In this document: positions 57,696 through 64,000 of the stretch, piece after piece
Layout: the number at the start of each line of letters is the position of its first letter
Position numbering within the stretch: position 1 is the first letter of the stretch
Source: an uncultured Elusimicrobia bacterium
Lineage (GTDB): Bacteria; Elusimicrobiota; Elusimicrobia; 2-01-FULL-59-12
NCBI GenBank assembly: GCA_963702895.1
Contig: OY969767.1
Location: 1,792,001-1,856,000 of the forward strand
Direction of reading: 5' to 3'
DNA: 64,000 nt
Made by a program: the position numbers and the translations under genes
Notes under the pieces: generated by a model
Database searches by the model: none
What the model saw: the letters and a program-made list of their open reading frames with translations, nothing else
Told to the model about the DNA's origin: nothing

Positions 57696-58145
57696 GCTTT
57701 GCTTTCGTCGGTCTGCTCTGCGTGCTCTGCTTTGATGGCTGAACGCAAAGATCTCAGAGCAGAAGATCCAAAGCAGAGACACGAAAGCAAAGAAACGAAA
57801 GCAGAGCTTTCTGCTCTCGTTTCTCTGCTCTCGTTTCTCTGCTCTGACCTTGGTCATTTCGTCCTCTCCGTCTCTGCGCAAAGGGTCTCGTCGCACAACA
57901 GCAGTAACGGCAGCGCAAAGCGATCAGAGAAAAGCGCAGAGCTCTCAGCTTGACGCTGTTCGCTTCTCGCTGCTCGCTGCCGTGGCTTATCCGATGATCG
58001 CTCGTCTCTCATCTCTCGTCTCTCGTTTCTCTGCTCTCGTTTCTCTGCTCTCGCTTCTCCGCTCTCGTTTCTCTGCTTTCGTTTCTCTGCTCTGACCTTT
58101 GTCATTTCGTCCTCTCCATCCCCGCCCAAAGGGTCCCAGCGCACT
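57640..58145. repeat. CT-rich 7-mer repeat family E (ctctcgt/ttctctg); also at 51366-51421, 60750-60960 and 63180-63285
   Basis: Pyrimidine tracts. The shared end motif ctctgctctgacctt..tcat.tc.tcctctcc occurs at ~57837, ~58085 and ~63243. Confidence 0.8.
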
Positions 58146-58231
58146 TTGATGAAAACTGAGAACTGAAGGACGCCTTATCCAAAAAGCGTATAATGATCTC
58201 GCTTCAAAAATATCCATAGGAGACATGATCC

Positions 58232-58483
58232 ATGCAGAATAACATGACCGCGCGTCTTGAACACCTCGCCAAACTGCGTCACGAGCCCCCGCAACATGTG
58301 ATTGCGCAGGCCATCGAGATCGGTGTGACGCGTCTCTACACAGAATCCATACTGGCGAATTATCTGAAAAAACGCCTCTCTCGGCGCCGCGCCATCCAAG
58401 CCGTTGGCCTGGAAGCCGTTCAAATCGCTGAAGCGCAGCATTCCGCCGTGCATAAGGATATTGCCTGGGGTGTAAGTGCCTAG
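58232..58483 (+). CDS. Putative antitoxin (UPF0175-like)
   Basis: Small ORF with GGAG RBS overlapping a PIN gene. Confidence 0.65.
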   Translation: MQNNMTARLEHLAKLRHEPPQHVIAQAIEIGVTRLYTESILANYLKKRLSRRRAIQAVGLEAVQIAEAQHSAVHKDIAWGVSA

Positions 58484-58967
58484 ATTTGTTGTTGATACAG
58501 GCCCTTTCATCCACTTGGAACAGATCGGCCATCTTCCACTGCTCGCCAGGCTCCCTGCTCTTCTTGTTCCTTCCGGTGTGGTATCCGAGCTCAGAGACAC
58601 GCGTCTTCGCACCATCATCGAAAGCTGGCCGCACACGCAAGTCTTGACCCTCGCACCCATGGCCAAGAAGCTCTCCTCGCTCAAGCGGATGGGCTTGGAC
58701 CGCGGTGAAATCGAATGCCTGAGGCTGGCGCTTGATCATGCTCCCTGCATTTTCTTGACCGATGATTTGGCCGCCAGGCGGTCTGCCGAAAGACTGTCCA
58801 TCGAAGTTCATGGAACCGTCGGCCTGATTGCCTACGCCGCCAGACACCGGTGGCTGAGCCTTCCGCAAGCGGAGAAAGCCCTCCACCAGCTCTACGAAAA
58901 GAGCTCGCTCTTCATCACCTTCGAGATTATCGACAGCGCGATCCTTGCTTTGCGCCATCGGCTCTAG
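58476..58967 (+). CDS. PIN-domain toxin (DUF3368-like)
   Basis: VVDTGP, V.SEL, LDRGE, LTDD.AAR and HGTVGL. Confidence 0.85.
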   Translation: MPRFVVDTGPFIHLEQIGHLPLLARLPALLVPSGVVSELRDTRLRTIIESWPHTQVLTLAPMAKKLSSLKRMGLDRGEIECLRLALDHAPCIFLTDDLAARRSAERLSIEVHGTVGLIAYAARHRWLSLPQAEKALHQLYEKSSLFITFEIIDSAILALRHRL

Positions 58968-59078
58968 TCTCTCCGATTGGTTCGGTCGGCCTTCCCCAGA
59001 AAGAACGTCGGAAAGCCTCCCTCGCCATGACGGCATAAGGCTCCATTTCTGTGACGTATCTGCTAAAATGAGCTCGTT

Positions 59079-59459
59079 ATGGGCGTTTTCAAATCGCAAA
59101 TTACCCTTCGCAATCCGGTTCACCCGAAACTGAAATCTCTGACGGTTTCCGCGTTGGTCGACACTGGCGCTCTGCATTTGTGTCTTCCCGAACATGTGGC
59201 GCTCCAGCTGGAACTCCGGGAACTGGAGAAGCGCGAGGTGACGCTCGCGGATGGCAAGAAACACTTGGCCCCTTATATGGGTCCTATTGAGGTTTCTTTC
59301 GAGAACCGCCGCTGTTTCGTCGGGGCTATGATCTTGGGGGACGAACCTCTCTTGGGAGCGATCCCTTTGGAAGATATGGATCTGATCATCGATCCCGGCA
59401 AGCGTCGACTGACCGTCAACCCCGAAAATCCCAACATTCCCGGCTCGCTCGCTAAATAA
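59079..59459 (+). CDS. Clan AA aspartic protease
   Basis: ALVDTGA, LADG and LLGAIPLEDMDL. Confidence 0.9.
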   Translation: MGVFKSQITLRNPVHPKLKSLTVSALVDTGALHLCLPEHVALQLELRELEKREVTLADGKKHLAPYMGPIEVSFENRRCFVGAMILGDEPLLGAIPLEDMDLIIDPGKRRLTVNPENPNIPGSLAK

Positions 59460-59586
59460 CATCGTTTCGTTGCGTCCTTTCCGTGCTGTCGACAACAAGG
59501 GGACGGTCGCCAGAAATTTGGAGACTGTTCCCAAGCCGTAGCGGCACGACGGCCCCGCTGTTCGGTGTCTCCGCCGCGCGCTGTCT

Positions 59587-59701
59587 CCGTCCCGCACACG
59601 CTTCCCGCCACTGAGACACAGGCGGGCCCGCCTTGCAGTAGTGGCGGGCGCGTGTAGGGACTGTCCCTGCCTCGGCCGCAGGCCGATGGCCGGGACGCCG
59701 T
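59587..59701. repeat. Family F repeat (..gggactgtccc..); copies at 61838-61952 and 62382-62452
   Basis: Three near-identical copies; the third lacks the 45-nt twin-hairpin insert. Confidence 0.9.
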
Positions 59702-59866
59702 TCGGCATATCCGCTCTGAGCCCAAGATGTACCACAGGCCCTCCGAAACGTCGCGCGTTTACATGAATCGTCCTCATGACGCCGCCCGCCGTCTAAAATG
59801 GATCTCTTGACATCGCCCTTGTTTCGGCCTAATATAATGTAACACACTGTAACAAAGGAGAGAACC

Positions 59867-60115
59867 ATGCGCACCGACCGCCTGAGCTATACGACCACCA
59901 TCTCTCTGCCTCCGCCGCTCTACCGGGAAATCCTCAAGCGCGCCAAAGCGAGCGCCATGAGCACCTCCGAGCTCCTGCGGGAGGCGTTCCGGCGCTATGT
60001 CCGCGAAGAGCGTGAATGGGAAGAGCTCCTGTCCTATGGCCGTTCCAGGGCGAGGAAAAGTGGCGTCCTGACAGACCGAGACGTTGAACGGCTGATCGAT
60101 GCGTCCCGAAAGTAA
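59867..60115 (+). CDS. Ribbon-helix-helix (CopG) antitoxin
   Basis: TISLP..SELLREAFRRY; AAGGAG RBS. Confidence 0.85.
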   Translation: MRTDRLSYTTTISLPPPLYREILKRAKASAMSTSELLREAFRRYVREEREWEELLSYGRSRARKSGVLTDRDVERLIDASRK

Positions 60116-60536
60116 ACGCCTTCGCGTTGTCCTCGATACGAACGTCCTCTTTTCCGCCGTCGCGTTTCGCAAAAACAGCCCGTCTTCCTTGATCTTGAAG
60201 CTGGCGCGCGCCCGTAAATTCGAGGGGTTTCTTTCACGCTTCATCTTGAGCGAACTGCTCAAGAATCTGGAACACAAGGCCTTCTGGGACGAAGAGGCGC
60301 TCTTGAGGCTCCGCAAGCGGCTGCGCATGACGTTCATCATCATCGACCCCCGCCTGCGGATCAACGTCATCCAACGCGTCGAAGCGGACAACCGTATCCT
60401 GGAATGCGCCGCAGCCGCCAAAGCCGACGTCTTAGTCACCGGAGACCTCCGTGATATCCGCCCCTTGGGCCATTCCCAGGGGACGGAAATTCTGACCCCC
60501 AAAGAATTTCTTCAAAAATATTTCCCTCACGCTTAG
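60099..60536 (+). CDS. PIN-domain toxin
   Basis: VVLDTNVLFSA, DNRILECA and LVTGD. Confidence 0.9.
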   Translation: MRPESKRLRVVLDTNVLFSAVAFRKNSPSSLILKLARARKFEGFLSRFILSELLKNLEHKAFWDEEALLRLRKRLRMTFIIIDPRLRINVIQRVEADNRILECAAAAKADVLVTGDLRDIRPLGHSQGTEILTPKEFLQKYFPHA

Positions 60537-61058
60537 TGTTGGTATCGGAGCAACGGGGTATCGGGGTAACGCCCGCCACTGAATCCTGGCGGGCCCGCCA
60601 AAGATGTTGTGGCGGGGTGTAACGGAGTATCGGGGTAACGGAGTATCGGGGTAACGTCGTAACGGCGTCGACGTGACTCCGGCACTCCGAAACTCCGCTA
60701 CTCCGATGCTCCGATACGGCCGTTTCGCTCTTCACTCTTTTTCCCTCACTCATCTCTCGTCTCTCATCTCTCGTTTCTCTGCTCTCGTTTCTCTGCTCTC
60801 GTTTCTCTGCTCTCGCTTCTCATCTCTGCTCGCTCTTCGCTGCTCGCTTTGCGCTGCCGTGCCGTAAGTCCATGATGTGCCACAGGCCCTCCAAAGACCG
60901 ATCCATTCTCTCCTCTTTCAGTTCTCACTTCTCGCCTTTCTGCTCTCTGGTCTCTGCCCTCTTGAAAGCTTGAAAGCTCGAGGGCAGAAAGAAGAGAACT
61001 GAAAACTGAGAGACACCGTCTTCGTCCCTCATCTTTCGTCTATGGTATACTGCTTCCC

Positions 61059-61292
61059 ATGAAGCGCATTTCCATTAATCCTCGTATTCGCTTCGGCAAG
61101 CCCTGCATCAAAGGGACGCGGATTGCCGTGGTCGATATTTTGAATCTCGTTTCTGCCGGTTACTCCGTTCATGAAATTCCGGGCCAGCTTCCCCGCCTGA
61201 CGAGGAAAGACGTGCTCGCCGCCCTGGCTTTTGCCAGCCGTCTCTCCGAAGAACCCACGAAGATCTTCGCCCGCTCCAGCGCCTCGAGATAG
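61059..61292 (+). CDS. DUF433 antitoxin
   Basis: INPRIRFGKPCIKGTRI..DVLAAL. Confidence 0.88.
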   Translation: MKRISINPRIRFGKPCIKGTRIAVVDILNLVSAGYSVHEIPGQLPRLTRKDVLAALAFASRLSEEPTKIFARSSASR

Positions 61293-61295
61293 CCG

Positions 61296-61652
61296 ATGCG
61301 TCTTTTTGCAGATCAGTGCGTGCATGCTGATCTGGTCAAGGCGCTTCGTCAGCAGGGCCACCGCATACAGCTGGCGGCTGAAGCAGGACTCGCCCGAGCG
61401 GATGATGACGCGATCTTTCACCATGCCGTGAAAACCTCGCAGATTCTTCTGACCATGGACAAAGACTTCGGCAATATTGTGCGATTTGATGTTCGGCACT
61501 GCCGGGGCATCGTGCTGATCGACATCGATCGGATGTCCAGAAGCTTTCTGATCCGCCGTGCTCTGGATTTTTTCAGCCGGACCGCTGAAGAGCGCCTCCA
61601 GGGATCGCTCTGGATGATCGGCATCAAAGGCATCAAAAACTGGCCGCGGTAA
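61296..61652 (+). CDS. DUF5615 PIN-like toxin
   Basis: MRLFADQCV, DDDAI and LLTMDKDF. Confidence 0.88.
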   Translation: MRLFADQCVHADLVKALRQQGHRIQLAAEAGLARADDDAIFHHAVKTSQILLTMDKDFGNIVRFDVRHCRGIVLIDIDRMSRSFLIRRALDFFSRTAEERLQGSLWMIGIKGIKNWPR

Positions 61653-62207
61653 CGCACCGGTCTTCCCTTTGTGATTTGCAACACCTTGGGGACCGTCCCC
61701 AAGCCGTAAAGGGCCGTCTTTTGCTGTCTCTGCCTCATGCTGCCTCCGCCGTTCTGGCCATTCTGCCGTCCTGGCTTTTCCGCCGTTCGGCTGATCCGCT
61801 GTTTGGTACCGAAGATCCGCCGTATGGTACTGGAGATCCGTCCCACACACGCTTCCCGCCACTGAGACACAGGCGGGCCCGCCTTGCAGTAGTGGCGGGC
61901 GCGTGTAGGGACTGTCCCTGCCTCGGCCGCAGGCCGATGGCCGGGACGCCGTACGGAACCGAGGATCCGCCGTTCGCTTGATCAATCCATGATATGCCAC
62001 ATGCCCTCCGAAGAATGGCGGCACTGCAGAACGGCGGCATTCCAGAACGTCGGCACTCCAGAGTGGCAGCGTGTGGTAATTTCATAAGAACCTCCACTCC
62101 CCGCCGCTCGGGTCAGCCGCTGTTCTGGTAAGCCGCCGTTCGGGTTTGCCGCCTCTCGTTTCACTAATCCATGATATACCACATGCCCTCCGAGTAGCGC
62201 TCCATAC

Positions 62208-62385
62208 AGCGGATCTTTGGCACCGTGAGGCAGATCTTTCGCACCGTGAGGCAGATCTTCAGTACCATGAGGCGGATCTTGAGTTCCGTGGGGCGGATTC
62301 GCCGTACCGTGAGGCAGATCTTTAGCACCGTAAGGCGGATCCGATGTACGGTACCGAAAATCCGCCGTACGGAACCGGAGATCCG
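62208..62385. repeat. About 8 degenerate 21-nt tandem repeats
   Basis: Contiguous (g/a)gatct..g(c/t)accgtgaggc units with no spacers. Confidence 0.85.
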
Positions 62386-62526
62386 TCCCGCACACGCTTC
62401 GCGTGTAGGGACTGTCCCTGCCTCGGCCGCAGGCCGATGGCCGGGACGCCGTACGGTACCCAGAATCCGCCGCATGGTTCCGAGGATCTGCCGTACGCCT
62501 TGTTCCCGTGCTATACTCATGACGTT

Positions 62527-62808
62527 ATGAGCCCTCTCGTCAACCAGGTGTCGAAAGCGTTGAACATCAAACCCTCGGACTTGATTCGAAATGGTCTGCT
62601 ATCGTACGTGGAGCGTGAAATTCGATTAACCGAAGAAGACATCGCGGACTTCCGGGAAAAATATCTGGTTTCTTCGCGCTCCGCGCTCCAGAAGAAAATC
62701 AAATCGGGCGCCACACCCAACCACCCAGGGTGGGAAGACGTCATCGCCTGGGAAAACCTGGAAGACCACCTCACCAAACTCCGCAAAACACTGAAGAAGC
62801 TGCATTGA
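62527..62808 (+). CDS. Putative antitoxin (TumA-like)
   Basis: FREKY..W.D.IAWE pattern, directly upstream of a TumE-like gene. Confidence 0.7.
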   Translation: MSPLVNQVSKALNIKPSDLIRNGLLSYVEREIRLTEEDIADFREKYLVSSRSALQKKIKSGATPNHPGWEDVIAWENLEDHLTKLRKTLKKLH

Positions 62809-62811
62809 CAC

Positions 62812-63174
62812 GTGCTCCCCGTATACCAGAAGCTCGCCCAGATCGCACGACGTGAATTTTCGGATATCATAGCGTCGCATGAATACCCCGGCAAGCGGAG
62901 CCTTGGCTCGATCAAGCTCCGATTGCGTCTGCGCGATAGAAGTTTTATCGACATTTGGCTAAGCCCTCGCGGCAAATATTCTTATCATTGGGACCACCGT
63001 TCGCACTCCGGCCACATCTACCGTTTTGATAACGCCCCGCACCATCCCCACCTTCCTCATCACCCTCACCATTGGCACGACGGAGAAGAGGCTTCCGTGC
63101 GATCCAGCCGCTTTCCGAAAACATCTCCGGAACAACTTCGCTTCTTCCTGAAATTCGTTCGCGACCGTTTTTAG
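62812..63174 (+). CDS. TumE/DUF6516-family toxin
   Basis: YSYHW..RFDNAPHH..PHHWH. Confidence 0.82.
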   Translation: MLPVYQKLAQIARREFSDIIASHEYPGKRSLGSIKLRLRLRDRSFIDIWLSPRGKYSYHWDHRSHSGHIYRFDNAPHHPHLPHHPHHWHDGEEASVRSSRFPKTSPEQLRFFLKFVRDRF

Positions 63175-63305
63175 TTTCGCCCTTCACTCTTCGCTCCTCA
63201 CTCTGTTCCCCTCCCTCATCTGTCGTCTCTCATCTCTCGTTTCTCTGCTCTGACCTTTATCATCTCATCCTCTCCGTCCCCGCCTCATGTTGTCTTCGCC
63301 GCTCT

Positions 63306-63442
63306 TGTCATTGCGAGGAGGCCTTCCCCCGCTGTCATTGCGAGGCCCTCCTTGCAGCCGAAGCAATCTCGACGTTGACCACGACAGCCTGCTTCGTCGG
63401 CCTTTCTCAAAAAGTACGTCGGAAGGCCTCCTCGCCATGACG
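63306..63442. repeat. REP-like family C (gtcattgcgagg..cctcgccatgac); half copy at ~58980-59032
   Basis: gtcattgcgagg occurs twice, followed by gaagcaatctc and the inverted cctcgccatgac. Confidence 0.75.
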
Positions 63443-63540
63443 TCCTACGTTCTCCCGTTGTACCAGGCAGCCTGTCTGACACGTTTGATTCGGATGCATA
63501 CCTTAGGTAGAATGTGTATGCATCGCTCAAGGAGGCTTTT

Positions 63541-63735
63541 ATGCGCACCACGTTCAATTTGCCGTTCGACCTTCTCAGCAAGGCCCAGAAAGCTTGCCGG
63601 GCCAGGACCAAAACTGAGACGGTCCTGCAAGGGCTCCAGGCGCTCCTGAAGCGCGAGAAAATCGCGGCGCTCATAGCCCTGCGCGGGAGACTTCCCCTGC
63701 GGTTGGATATCGGTAAAGCCCGCCAACGCTCGTGA
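63541..63735 (+). CDS. VapB-like antitoxin
   Basis: MRTT.NL..LL..A..TKTETV..GL; AAGGAGG RBS. Confidence 0.85.
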   Translation: MRTTFNLPFDLLSKAQKACRARTKTETVLQGLQALLKREKIAALIALRGRLPLRLDIGKARQRS

Positions 63736-64000
63736 GGGGCAAGGTCCTGGTGGACACCTCGGTCTGGATCAGTTACTTCCGCGGCGCTTCGTCCCGGTTC
63801 ACCGACCACCTCGACGAACTCCTTCGCCATGACGCTGCTTGCCTCACCGCGATCATTCGGGCGGAGCTCCTCTCCGGGACCCGCCATGAAAAGGAGTTCC
63901 TGCAGCTCTCCGATCGCCTGGGCGCTGTCGACAGGCTTCCGGAGCCCGAGGACCTTTGGGACCGCGTCGCTTATGCTCGTTTTCTTCTGGCCAGGCGCGG
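63732..64000 (+). CDS. VapC PIN toxin (runs off the window end)
   Basis: The GTG start overlaps the vapB stop; VLVDTSVWISYFRG..AELLSG. Confidence 0.88.
   Translation, partial: MRGKVLVDTSVWISYFRGASSRFTDHLDELLRHDAACLTAIIRAELLSGTRHEKEFLQLSDRLGAVDRLPEPEDLWDRVAYARFLLARR

Noticed and set aside
62208..62385. CRISPR array
   Set aside because: Units are contiguous and degenerate with no unique spacers, and no cas genes are in the window.
58145..64000. Classical integron cassette array
   Set aside because: No intI, and no convincing RYYYAAC..GTTRRRY attC pairs were found by eye after the stop codons.

Overview
Bacterial chromosomal segment, moderately GC-rich. The PorV-like barrel, CHU_C-type C-terminal domains and HEAT proteins suggest Elusimicrobiota, but this is inference only. 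Housekeeping genes include ispH, proline dehydrogenase, a PfkB kinase, rluA, clpS, trmL, dksA, carboxy(nor)spermidine synthesis genes, btuB with a cobalamin riboswitch and a chdC/Cld-family gene. They are mixed with an IS30, a MITE, many repeat families and a co-oriented toxin-antitoxin array. Four things stand out. (1) A motor-like gene cluster with no other flagellar genes in the window: PorV-like barrel, TPR-LysM protein, a natural FliF(C-terminal ring domain)-FliG fusion, MotA, two different MotB proteins and a sensor kinase. (2) A tRNA-Asn locus followed by tandem mini GIY-YIG genes that each run into a duplicated tRNA 3' end. (3) A 40-46 nt twin-hairpin element found at least 9 times inside tRNA copies and other repeats, with no target duplication and with empty sites visible in the window. 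(4) Two back-to-back paralogous structured RNAs of unknown class. Many genes also look leaderless. All calls come from manual reading and motif recognition; no database searches were run.
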